Source: an uncultured Micavibrio sp. (lineage in GTDB: Bacteria; Pseudomonadota; Alphaproteobacteria; Micavibrionales; UBA1664). From it: 64,000 nucleotides of DNA. Position numbers and translations under genes: made by a program. Under the pieces are notes generated by a model. It saw nothing but the letters and a program-made list of their open reading frames with translations. It was not told where the DNA came from and did no database searches. The DNA lies in contig CAZHEE010000002.1 in NCBI GenBank assembly GCA_964531715.1, positions 97,676 through 161,675 of the forward strand, in the 5' to 3' direction. Below, one piece after another: positions 8,235-16,701 of the stretch; positions within the stretch are counted from its first letter, which is position 1; the number at the start of each line of letters is the position of its first letter.

Positions 8235-9542
8235 TCATAATTCTTTATAAATTTCATGAGCAAGCTCGCGAAGGGCGTTATCCCGCGCACCCATAACACA
8301 AATAATATCGCTTTTTTGGACCTTATTCAAAACATCATTCTTAATTTCGCTTAGGGTTGGATAGTATAGAGCGTTTAAATTCTCTTTTTGAAGTTGGGCG
8401 ATAAAACTTTCAGCCGTTATTGTTTTTTTAATTCTACCGCCAAAATAGACAATATCCGGCATGTAAAATATATCGCCATCCGCCAGATTTTTTTTTAAGA
8501 CCTGCTTTAATGCCTCGGCATGCATCGCCATCGGTTTATAACCATGCGATTGGTAAATGAGAAGAAGCCTGCGCCACTCCTCTTTCAATGTTTTAATCCC
8601 TGCCGCGATTTTATCAGGGTTATGCCCGAAATCATCAATGACAGTAATGCCTTTTTTCTCGCCTATAAATTCAAGCCGACTTCCGACGCCTTTAAAAATA
8701 TGCAGGACTTCAAAAGCCTTCGGCTTGTCGAAATTACTATACAAAGCCTCCAAGCATGCCAAAGCCGCCAATGCATTGGATCGGTTATGTTTGCCGGGCA
8801 CTTTTAAATTTAAGTCATCTCCATCATTTTGAAGGGAATAATGAATGGCGTTCGGATAATCACCTGCCAATGCCGTAACATGCGGGCAATCCATGTTCAA
8901 AACCTGAATATCTGATTGGTTTAAAAACTGCCTGAAAAGCGGGAGCAATTCATCCATTCCCTTATGATCTTCTGAAATATTGGTGAGTACCGCAATTTTC
9001 GGATGATAAAGCGCTATAGAGCCGTCACTCTCATCCGTTTCGGCAATGATCATATTGTCACAACCTAGCCGCAAATTCTCGCGATTATAATTCAGCATAT
9101 CGCCGCCATTAATAATCGTGGGGTTTAAGCCAAGCTGATCGGTAAGCCAGCCAACCATAGCCGTCACTGTGCTTTTACCATTTGTACCGGCAATACAAAC
9201 AGAAGTTTCAGCGCCATTAACAATATCGGCGAGCAATTCGGCACGTTTCATAATAGGAATATTAAGGGTGAGTGCCGCCTTCACATCGGGAATGGTGGGC
9301 TCAACCGCGCTTGAGACAATCACCGCATGAATATTTCCCGATAATCCGCTGCCATCCTGAGGCCTTAAAATAATACCTGCATCCTCAAGCTTTTGAAACT
9401 GTTCGGGAAATCGCCCTGCATCATAATGCCTGTCAGAGCCATAGACGGTCGCTCCTCTCGCTATCATCAGCTTTGCAAGGGCGCTCATGCCACTGCCGCC
9501 GACACCGCAAAAGAAAAGGCGTTTACCTTTATACTCAGTCAT
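8235..9542 (-). CDS. Mur ligase family protein (MurC/Mpl-like)
   Basis: 435 aa. N-terminal Rossmann motif FFCGVGGSGMSALAKL and ATP-binding P-loop IAGTNGKSTVTAM. Not located in a dcw-type cluster. Confidence 0.6.
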   Translation of the reverse strand: MTEYKGKRLFFCGVGGSGMSALAKLMIARGATVYGSDRHYDAGRFPEQFQKLEDAGIILRPQDGSGLSGNIHAVIVSSAVEPTIPDVKAALTLNIPIMKRAELLADIVNGAETSVCIAGTNGKSTVTAMVGWLTDQLGLNPTIINGGDMLNYNRENLRLGCDNMIIAETDESDGSIALYHPKIAVLTNISEDHKGMDELLPLFRQFLNQSDIQVLNMDCPHVTALAGDYPNAIHYSLQNDGDDLNLKVPGKHNRSNALAALACLEALYSNFDKPKAFEVLHIFKGVGSRLEFIGEKKGITVIDDFGHNPDKIAAGIKTLKEEWRRLLLIYQSHGYKPMAMHAEALKQVLKKNLADGDIFYMPDIVYFGGRIKKTITAESFIAQLQKENLNALYYPTLSEIKNDVLNKVQKSDIICVMGARDNALRELAHEIYKEL

Positions 9543-10052
9543 TTATTGCATGACAGGGTAAGACCGCCGCCCGATTACATAATCCTTTTTTACAGGGTAA
9601 TTTTGCGTGGTCGGGATAGGCGCGCTGTAAGATTCCTCGGTCAATATCTCTGAAATCACGGCAGGGACATTATTCGCATCATTGGCAATAAGAGCTATCG
9701 GTTGAGATTCTGCGCGGAAGCCATTAAAACGATTGCCGTTTTCAAGATTTGTAAAATCAATCACAACCTTATCCGGATAATTCCAATAGCCAAAGCCGAA
9801 GGACGGCTCTATCACAACTGTGCGCCTGCGATCCGTAAAATTATCATCACAATCAATTTTAAGGTCGGCAGGGTCACGCTCAATGAAGGCCGTTCCGGGC
9901 GCATCCAGCGCATAACGGTTTGTATCGGTTGATAAGCGGCAATAGGCGGCATCGGTGCCAAGCAAGGCCACTTCAATATCCTGCCCCGTATTGATAGATG
10001 GCGCGGCGCACGCGGTCACAAATAAACAAAAAGATAATAAAACATATTTCAT
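9543..10052 (-). CDS. Putative lipoprotein
   Basis: 169 aa. Signal peptide with lipobox-like FVTAC. Its stop abuts the Mur-ligase start codon (9542/9543). Confidence 0.5.
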   Translation of the reverse strand: MKYVLLSFCLFVTACAAPSINTGQDIEVALLGTDAAYCRLSTDTNRYALDAPGTAFIERDPADLKIDCDDNFTDRRRTVVIEPSFGFGYWNYPDKVVIDFTNLENGNRFNGFRAESQPIALIANDANNVPAVISEILTEESYSAPIPTTQNYPVKKDYVIGRRSYPVMQ

Positions 10053-10145
10053 GAAAATAAGAATATCAGATTTATATCAGCACACATCCTGTTTTTTCAA
10101 CTTTTCAACGGGTAATTTATTCGTTAAATAGTTATCTAAAACTGG

Positions 10146-10222
10146 TTGTCATCCCGAGCGCAGCCGAGGGATCTAATTACTAAATAGATCTCTCCACGCG
10201 CTGCGCTTGGTCGAGATGACAA
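10146..10222. repeat. Palindromic element family C, copy 1 (77 bp)
   Basis: TTGTCATCCCGAG...GGGATCT...AGATCTC...CTCGAGATGACAA-type nested palindrome. It is the reverse-complement relative of 13173..13260 and lies just downstream of the clpB stop. Confidence 0.8.
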
Positions 10223-10240
10223 TTTATGAAATTTTCAGCA

Positions 10241-12838
10241 TTATGCCGCTTGGCTGTTCACCTTTTCGCCTTTGAAGGATAAATCGTTGCCGTCGTAAGC
10301 GACATGCACAATCATATTATCCGTAATCTCCCCTTTAAGCAGAGCCTCGGCCAGCGGATTTTGAAGCTCGCTTTGAATGACCCGTTTTAAAGGTCGCGCA
10401 CCATAAGCAGGGTCGTATCCTTTATCTGCAAGAAACGCCAAAGCCTTCTCATCCAGCTCAATTTCGATTTGGCGATCTTCAAGGAGCTTCCTCAAACGCT
10501 TGAGCTGTATCTCGACAATTTGCGCCATCATTGCGCGTTCCAACCTACGGAACAACAATATATCATCCAGACGATTGAGAAATTCCGGTCTGAAATAGCC
10601 GCGAACTGCCTCCATCACGCCCTCGCGGACATCCTCAACATCTTCGCCCTCTTTCTGATTGACCAGCAAATCCGCACCGATATTCGATGTCATAATCAAA
10701 AGCGTATTGGTGAAATCAACCGTCCGGCCTTGCCCATCGGTCAGCCGCCCGTCATCCAAAACCTGAAGCAGGACATTAAATACATCCAAATGCGCTTTTT
10801 CAATTTCATCGAACAATATGACTTGATAAGGCCTGCGCCGCACCGCCTCGGTTAACACGCCGCCTTCCTCATACCCGACATAGCCGGGCGGTGCACCAAT
10901 CAAGCGCGATACGGAATGCTTCTCCATAAACTCACTCATATCAATGCGCACCATCGCGGTATCATCATCGAATAAAAATTCCGCTAAAGCCTTTGTAAGC
11001 TCGGTTTTCCCGACACCGGTCGGCCCCAAAAACATGAAGGAGCCAATCGGACGATTCGGGTCTTGCAAGCCTGCGCGAGCGCGGCGGATCGCATTTGATA
11101 CGGACATAATTGCCTGATCCTGCCCCACCACGCGTTTTGCCAAGGCCGCCTCGAGGTTGAGCAGTTTTTCTTTTTCACCCTCAAGCATTTTGGACACGGG
11201 AATCCCCGTCCATTTTGCAATGACTTCGGCAATATCCTCATCTGTCACTTCCTCATTAATCATCGCGGATGTTGACAAATGGCTCGCCTCCTCGACCTTG
11301 GCTTCCAGTTCAGGAATTTTACCGTAAGATAACTCCCCGGCCTTTGCCCAATCATTATCACGCTCGGCACGTTCAAGCTCGGCACGGGCTTTATCCAGCT
11401 CCTCTGCCCATTGCTGCGCCTTGTTCAGCTTTTCTTTCTCCGCCTGCCATTGCGAAGTGAGGTCTGCCGATTCTGATTCTAGGGCGCTCAAATCTTCTTC
11501 CAGCTTTTTCAAGCGGTCTTTTGACCCTTGATCTGTTTCTTTTTTCAGGGCTTCACGTTCAATTTTGAGCTGAATAATCTGCCGATCAAGCGCGTCCAAA
11601 GCTTCTGGCTTAGAGTCAACCTGCATCCGCAAGCGTGCCGAGGCTTCATCAATTAAATCAATCGCCTTGTCGGGTAAAAAACGATCCGTGATGTAGCGAT
11701 TGGAGAATGTCGCCGCGGAGACAATCGCCGCATCCGTCACGCGCACACCATGGTGAAGCTCGTATTTCTCTTTCAAGCCACGCAGGATTGAGATCGTATC
11801 TTCAACCGTCGGTTCGCTGATAAAGACAGGTTGAAAACGCCGTGCCAGTGCCGCATCTTTTTCAATATATTTGCGATATTCATCCAAAGTCGTTGCACCG
11901 ACCATGTGTAGTTCACCCCGTGCCAATGCAGGCTTCAACATGTTTCCTGCATCCATCGCGCCATCGGTTTTCCCTGCGCCGACAAGCGTATGAAGCTCAT
12001 CCAGAAACAGAACGACTTCGCCCGCGGCTTCTTTAACCTCATCAAGCACACCTTTCAAGCGTTCCTCGAATTCCCCGCGGAACTTCGCCCCTGCAATCAG
12101 TGAGCCCAAATCAAGAGCCATTAATCGCTTGTTTTTCAGGCTTTCAGGCACATCACCATTGATAATACGAAGCGCGAGCCCTTCCGCAATTGCGGTTTTT
12201 CCCACACCCGGGTCGCCAATGAGTACAGGGTTATTTTTGGTTCGGCGCGATAGCACCTGAATAGTGCGGCGAATTTCCTCATCACGCCCGATGACTGGGT
12301 CGAGCTTCCCACTTCGCGCCACTTCTGTTAAGTCACGCGCATATTTCTTAAGCGCATCAAATTGATCCTCGGCACTTGCGGAATCAGCCGTACGACCTTT
12401 ACGGCGGTTATTGATGGCTTGGTTCAAATGCTGATCATTCACGCCGCTATCTTTTAACGCGGCGGAGACTTCCGTTTTCTTCGCCATAATCATGGCCTGC
12501 AACAAACGTTCGGTTGTGATAAAGCTGTCGCCTGCTTTTTCCGACAATACGCGTGCCTCGTCTAAAATCTTGGCAAGGTCATTGGACATACGCAATCCTT
12601 GTGCGCCTGCGCCTGTCACCTGAGGGAGTTTCGCGAGATTTTTATCAAGGATGGCTCGCAATTTTTGTAAATCACCACCAGCGGCGGTTACGAGGGAGTC
12701 CGTTACATTCTGATCATCATCTAGCATCACGCGGAGCAAATGTTCAGGCTCTAGCGATTGGTTGTCTTTCCTGAGCGCGAGTGTTTGCGCCGCCTGAACA
12801 AAGCTTCTCAGCTTTTCCGTCATTTTTTCGAAGTCCAT
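10241..12838 (-). CDS. clpB: ATP-dependent chaperone ClpB
   Basis: Two AAA+ modules ([15 protein letters not shown] and [15 protein letters not shown]) with a long coiled-coil middle domain. Start set at [10 protein letters not shown] (12838). Confidence 0.95.
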   Translation of the reverse strand: MDFEKMTEKLRSFVQAAQTLALRKDNQSLEPEHLLRVMLDDDQNVTDSLVTAAGGDLQKLRAILDKNLAKLPQVTGAGAQGLRMSNDLAKILDEARVLSEKAGDSFITTERLLQAMIMAKKTEVSAALKDSGVNDQHLNQAINNRRKGRTADSASAEDQFDALKKYARDLTEVARSGKLDPVIGRDEEIRRTIQVLSRRTKNNPVLIGDPGVGKTAIAEGLALRIINGDVPESLKNKRLMALDLGSLIAGAKFRGEFEERLKGVLDEVKEAAGEVVLFLDELHTLVGAGKTDGAMDAGNMLKPALARGELHMVGATTLDEYRKYIEKDAALARRFQPVFISEPTVEDTISILRGLKEKYELHHGVRVTDAAIVSAATFSNRYITDRFLPDKAIDLIDEASARLRMQVDSKPEALDALDRQIIQLKIEREALKKETDQGSKDRLKKLEEDLSALESESADLTSQWQAEKEKLNKAQQWAEELDKARAELERAERDNDWAKAGELSYGKIPELEAKVEEASHLSTSAMINEEVTDEDIAEVIAKWTGIPVSKMLEGEKEKLLNLEAALAKRVVGQDQAIMSVSNAIRRARAGLQDPNRPIGSFMFLGPTGVGKTELTKALAEFLFDDDTAMVRIDMSEFMEKHSVSRLIGAPPGYVGYEEGGVLTEAVRRRPYQVILFDEIEKAHLDVFNVLLQVLDDGRLTDGQGRTVDFTNTLLIMTSNIGADLLVNQKEGEDVEDVREGVMEAVRGYFRPEFLNRLDDILLFRRLERAMMAQIVEIQLKRLRKLLEDRQIEIELDEKALAFLADKGYDPAYGARPLKRVIQSELQNPLAEALLKGEITDNMIVHVAYDGNDLSFKGEKVNSQAA

Positions 12839-12869
12839 TATTAGGCCCCTCTCTTTATTATTTTCCAAT

Positions 12870-12894
12870 CGTCATTCCGGCGCAGGCCGGAATC
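12870..12894. repeat. Solo hairpin, family D (CGTCATTCCGGC-GCA-GCCGGAATC)
   Basis: 9-bp perfect stem ATTCCGGC(N)GCCGGAAT with the same CGTCATT...AATC frame as family A/B arms. Confidence 0.7.
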
Positions 12895-13060
12895 TATTTA
12901 TTGTTTTATCACTATAATATTAATCTTCTTCCGAAGCGCATCAAGTTTATAAAAGAGCCTCTCATGAGCAATCTCCATAAATTATAATATAGGAATAAAG
13001 TCCTTAATGTCAAATGATTTTTCATCGTAGAGTTATAGAGAAGGGGCGTTGTTTTTAAAA

Positions 13061-13130
13061 CCTCTATATATCTCTGTTTACCTCTGTAGTTCAACTCTAC
13101 AGACTCCGCGTCAAGTGCGGGGATGCGATA
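13061..13130. repeat. Dispersed repeat family E, copy 2
   Basis: CCTCTGTAGTTCAACTCTACAGACTCCGCGTCAAGTGCGGGGATGCGAT aligns with 1..50 and 62384..62445. Confidence 0.6.
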
Positions 13131-13172
13131 GTACGAAAAACTTTTTGCCTTTGCGTCTTATTGTAAGAAATC

Positions 13173-13260
13173 TTGTCATCTCGACCGAATATAATGAGCG
13201 GAGAGATCTGATGCAAAAAGCAGATCCCTCGATTACGCTTTGCTTCACTCGGGATGACAA
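13173..13260. repeat. Palindromic element family C, copy 2 (88 bp, opposite orientation to copy 1)
   Basis: TTGTCATCTCGACC...GGAGAGATCT...AGATCCCTCG...CTCGGGATGACAA. Confidence 0.8.
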
Positions 13261-13327
13261 TTTATTCTTAGAATGAATTACGCCTATTTTCTTAATCATT
13301 AAAAGATGCAATAACAAACGAAGAAAA

Positions 13328-13678
13328 TTAAGCCATTGCCAGTTCGGCTTCTTTCACATTCTGCATTTGTGGAACATTTGTCGCATTGTCATTTTCTTGC
13401 GCATCATCATTTGATTGCTGCTCTCTTTGCTGAGTATTTTCTAAATCGAAGCTGTTAATCAAACGTTGATAATGCTCGGCATGTTGGCGGTAATTTTCCG
13501 CCAGAACATAATTGCCCGATGTTTCCGCATCCATTGCCAGTGTTTCATATTTCTCGGTCACTTGCCACGCCGTTCCGCGAATTCGTGCATCTGGGCCGTT
13601 ACTGTCGAAAACCCGCATTTTGTTATTCTTGCCGCCCTGAGGCTTTCTTCTGGTTTGGCGTTTGGCATTATGTCTCAT
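13328..13678 (-). CDS. DUF4167-like small basic protein
   Basis: 116 aa. The basic N-terminus followed by RIRGTAWQVTEKYETLA...YRQHAEHY resembles the alphaproteobacterial DUF4167 family, which often neighbours prmC. Confidence 0.55.
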   Translation of the reverse strand: MRHNAKRQTRRKPQGGKNNKMRVFDSNGPDARIRGTAWQVTEKYETLAMDAETSGNYVLAENYRQHAEHYQRLINSFDLENTQQREQQSNDDAQENDNATNVPQMQNVKEAELAMA

Positions 13679-13878
13679 TTAATATGTCCTTCTTTATAAA
13701 CGTTTAATAAAAGTATCCACACATTTATTAACATTTTTATCCAACCATATTAAAAGCGTACCCTATTCGCATCGCTTTTCAAATTATGGTGCTTCATGGG
13801 CTTCATGCGCATGTTGTGATTTTAGATTCCAGCATTCGCGGCATGCTCACAACCCCTATTTTCAAACTTTATTCATAT

Positions 13879-15111
13879 TTATCTGTGGATTGCGGTAAAT
13901 ACGCGGTCATGCCCCCCAAGGTCACGGATAACGCGATAGTCGGTAAAGCCAGCACCCCTCGCAATTTCTGCGATTCGTCCACACTGCCCTGCCCCATGCT
14001 CAAGGGCAAGCAAACCACCTTTTTTTAAGTAGTTTCGAATCTGTGGAAGAATCAAGCGATAAGGTCCCAGTCCATCTGCACCACCATCCAAAGCACTATG
14101 CGGATCATAGTTTTTCACTTCCGCTTGAAGCGTTGGGATATCACAACTTTCAATATAAGGCGGGTTTGAGATGATAATATCAAACTGCCCCTCAACCGAG
14201 TCGAACCAATCAGATAGAATAAAAGTAACGCGACTTGAAAGATTTTGTTTTTCGGCATTGAGCCGCGCCACTGTCAGAGCCTCTTTAGAAATATCAGTCG
14301 CGATACCGATTGCATTTGGTAGCTCATTCAAAAGTGTGAGAATCAAACATCCTGAGCCTGTACCTAAATCTAGTATTTTTAAAATTTCGTCATTACACGT
14401 TTTATCTTGAGATAAATACGTGTAATCCATTTTAGTATTTTCCGATGGATTGCACGTATTTTGCTGACGCAAAAAAGTGCAATGACGTAAGACTTCCTCA
14501 ATTAAAGTTTCACTATCAGGGCGCGGGTCAAGGACATGCTCATTCACGTGAAAATCCAGCCCGTAAAACTCTTTCACGCCGATAATTTTTGAGAGAGGCT
14601 TACCTTTTAACCGTTCAGCAAGCATTGATTCAAGTTTTTGATGTTGTTCGGCTGTAAGATTTAAAGAATCATTCGAAATTAGATCTGCATCGCGCATGCC
14701 CGTGATATGCTTAAGCATCATCCGCGCCTCTAATGATGACCCGAGTTGTTTTGAGATATATCTTAAAAAAAACTCGTCATTACACGTTTTACCTTTAGGT
14801 AAATACGTGTAATCCACCTCACCTGTAATCTCGCCATATAAATCAAGCCACTCAGGATTATCTTCTTGGATAAGGTTTATTTTCCATTCTCTGGAATATC
14901 GCCTTAGTCGCTTTTCCCACTGAACAGCATCTTCCCAATTACCGCATTGCCGGTACCAGACAAGTTTTTTTACATTATATTTTGTTGTAAATTTGCTCCC
15001 TATATTATTTTTATGTTGCCAAGTCCGACCAATTAAATTGGATGAAATACCCTTATAAATTGTGCCATTTTTTTGCTTTGCTAGCATGTAGACGTAAAAA
15101 TCTTTTTTCAT
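13879..15111 (-). CDS. prmC: Release-factor glutamine N5-methyltransferase PrmC, read as one ORF with an N-terminal GIY-YIG domain and carrying an in-frame palindromic insert
   Basis: 410-aa ORF. Residues 1-98 align with the stand-alone GIY-YIG ORF at 16315..16611. The rest has PrmC hallmarks ILDLGTGSGCL (motif I) and IISNPPYI (motif IV) and sits directly downstream of prfA. The true prmC initiation codon is uncertain; an in-frame GTG lies inside the hairpin at about 14818. Confidence 0.75.
   Translation of the reverse strand: MKKDFYVYMLAKQKNGTIYKGISSNLIGRTWQHKNNIGSKFTTKYNVKKLVWYRQCGNWEDAVQWEKRLRRYSREWKINLIQEDNPEWLDLYGEITGEVDYTYLPKGKTCNDEFFLRYISKQLGSSLEARMMLKHITGMRDADLISNDSLNLTAEQHQKLESMLAERLKGKPLSKIIGVKEFYGLDFHVNEHVLDPRPDSETLIEEVLRHCTFLRQQNTCNPSENTKMDYTYLSQDKTCNDEILKILDLGTGSGCLILTLLNELPNAIGIATDISKEALTVARLNAEKQNLSSRVTFILSDWFDSVEGQFDIIISNPPYIESCDIPTLQAEVKNYDPHSALDGGADGLGPYRLILPQIRNYLKKGGLLALEHGAGQCGRIAEIARGAGFTDYRVIRDLGGHDRVFTAIHR
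14388..14487. mobile_element. ORF-less 100-bp palindromic mini-element (family A left hairpin + 18-nt spacer + right hairpin) inside prmC
   Basis: Left hairpin CGTCATTACACGT..ACGTGTAATCC (14388..14428) and right hairpin GGATTGCACGT..GTGCAATGACG (14447..14487). Translated in frame as HCTFLRQQNTCNPSENTKMDYTYLSQDKTCNDE just before PrmC motif I. Confidence 0.8.
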
Positions 15112-15167
15112 TGATTATCTCTGAGATGGATTACACGTATTTATCTTCGATAAAACGTGTAATGACG
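14775..15167 (-). mobile_element. GIY-YIG element copy 1: left hairpin, GIY-YIG ORF, right hairpin
   Basis: Left hairpin at 14775..14815 and right hairpin at 15128..15167 are 40-bp inverted repeats of each other. The GIY-YIG coding part (about 14816..15111) begins MKKDFYVYMLAKQKNGTIYKG. The element fills the prfA-prmC junction. Confidence 0.75.
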
Positions 15168-15172
15168 ATACT

Positions 15173-16234
15173 CTATTCAAACTCTGCCAGGCGGCTGGCA
15201 TTATCTTCTTGTATTAATGCATCTGTAATCTCGCCCAAACCACTCCCCGCCAAGACGCCCGAAAGATTATGCACGGTCAGCCCAATACGATGATCCGTCA
15301 CGCGCCCTTGCGGAAAATTATAGGTGCGAATACGTTGCGAGCGATCACCGCTCCCTACTTGCAATTTACGGTCATCCGCGCGTTCATTCGCCGCCTTTTC
15401 CATTTCGGCCTCCAAAATACGGGAGCGCAGAACACTCATCGCCTTTTCCTTGTTTTTATGTTGGGAGCGGCCATCTTGCGATTCCGCAACTACGCCTGTC
15501 GGAATATGTGTCACACGCACAGCGGAATCAGTGGTGTTGACATGCTGCCCCCCAGCGCCTTGTGACCTGAAAGTATCAATGCGCAAATCCTCGGTTTTGA
15601 TTTCGACATCAACCTCCTCGGCCTCGGGGAGAACGGCGACAGTCGCGGCAGAGGTATGGATACGCCCGCCGCTTTCGGTTTCGGGTACACGCTGAACACG
15701 GTGACCGCCGCTTTCATATTTCATCTTTGAAAACACATTATTGCCGGAGATTGTGCAGACAATTTCCTTATACCCACCCAAGTCATTTTCGGATGTTGAA
15801 TCAACCTCTACGCGCCAGCCATTTGCAGCGGCAAAGCCCTTATACATGGTGAACAGGTCGGAGGCGAAGAGCGCCGCCTCATCCCCGCCCGTGCCTGCGC
15901 GGATTTCCAAAATCGCATTGCGGCTATCGGTTTTTTCCTTTGGAATAAGCGCGATTTTCACGGCATGTTCAAGCGCGGGCAGTTGAGGCTCCAGCGTTTT
16001 GAGATCCTCTTTCGCCATCGCCGCCATTTCAGGGTCGGATAACATCTCTTTAAGGTCGGCAATCTCGCTTTTCGTGTTTTGATAGGCAAGTATCGCCTGA
16101 ACAACAGGCTCTAAATCACTATATTCTTTTGATATTTTGACGAATTGGTCGCCTTCCAACTCCCCCGAAGACATCAGGGAGGTCAGCTCCGCATGACGGT
16201 CAGTAATGGCTTGTAATCGCGCTTCAATGGACAT
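15173..16234 (-). CDS. prfA: Peptide chain release factor 1
   Basis: 353 aa. GGQ motif ([17 protein letters not shown]) and the RF1 tripeptide region (PxT-type IHTSAATV). Confidence 0.95.
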   Translation of the reverse strand: MSIEARLQAITDRHAELTSLMSSGELEGDQFVKISKEYSDLEPVVQAILAYQNTKSEIADLKEMLSDPEMAAMAKEDLKTLEPQLPALEHAVKIALIPKEKTDSRNAILEIRAGTGGDEAALFASDLFTMYKGFAAANGWRVEVDSTSENDLGGYKEIVCTISGNNVFSKMKYESGGHRVQRVPETESGGRIHTSAATVAVLPEAEEVDVEIKTEDLRIDTFRSQGAGGQHVNTTDSAVRVTHIPTGVVAESQDGRSQHKNKEKAMSVLRSRILEAEMEKAANERADDRKLQVGSGDRSQRIRTYNFPQGRVTDHRIGLTVHNLSGVLAGSGLGEITDALIQEDNASRLAEFE

Positions 16235-16269
16235 GGTAGAGGTTTACATGAAAGTTTTTAAATAAGCAA

Positions 16270-16676
16270 CGTCATTGCACGTTTGCTAAAAGCTATACGT
16301 GCAATCCATAAACGTCAAAGCCCGCATATATTATCATATAAATCTAACCATTCGGGGCTATTTTCCTCAATCAAATTAATCTTCCACTGACGAGAATATC
16401 GCCGCAAGCACTTTTCCCAATTTACAGCCTCTTCCCAAGTGCCGCAGTGATGGTACCAAACCAGTTTCTTTATATCATATCGAGATGTGAATTTACTACC
16501 GATATTATTTTTATGTTGCCAAGTGCGACCAATTAAATTTGATGACATGCCTTTATAGATTGTACCATGCTTTTGTTTGGCTAGCATGTAAACATAAAAA
16601 TCTTTTTCCATTTTATCATCTTACTTTTGCGATTATGGATTGCACGTATTTTTCTTCGAAAAAACGTGCAATGACG
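16270..16676 (-). mobile_element. GIY-YIG element copy 2: left hairpin, GIY-YIG ORF, right hairpin (407 bp)
   Basis: Left hairpin CGTCATTGCACGT..ACGTGCAATCC at 16270..16307, ORF at 16315..16611, right hairpin GGATTGCACGT..ACGTGCAATGACG at 16637..16676. Lies between the prfA start and the ispG stop. Confidence 0.8.
16315..16611 (-). CDS. GIY-YIG (URI-domain) nuclease, catalytic core only
   Basis: 98 aa: FYVYML...GTIYKG...NLIGRTWQH...WEK pattern. 77 of 98 residues are identical to the N-terminus of the 13879..15111 ORF by manual alignment. Confidence 0.8.
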   Translation of the reverse strand: MEKDFYVYMLAKQKHGTIYKGMSSNLIGRTWQHKNNIGSKFTSRYDIKKLVWYHHCGTWEEAVNWEKCLRRYSRQWKINLIEENSPEWLDLYDNICGL

Positions 16677-16701
16677 GTCATTTTTTAATTGTCCTTATAA
16701 A

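Noticed and set aside
12901-12960. Searched upstream of clpB for an RpoH-type promoter; CTTGA...TTAATAT is present on the minus strand.
   Set aside because: The -10-like element does not match CYTATNT (there is no C at the first position), so I do not report it as a feature.
15269-15986. Several 80-120-aa ORFs antisense or out of frame within prfA. Similar ORFs lie inside clpB, ispG, etfB, lpdA, cckA, the FliK-like gene and the 62606 gene.
   Set aside because: They lie entirely inside longer ORFs with clear homology-type motifs and have Arg/Ser/Pro-rich shadow composition. I treat them as frame artefacts.
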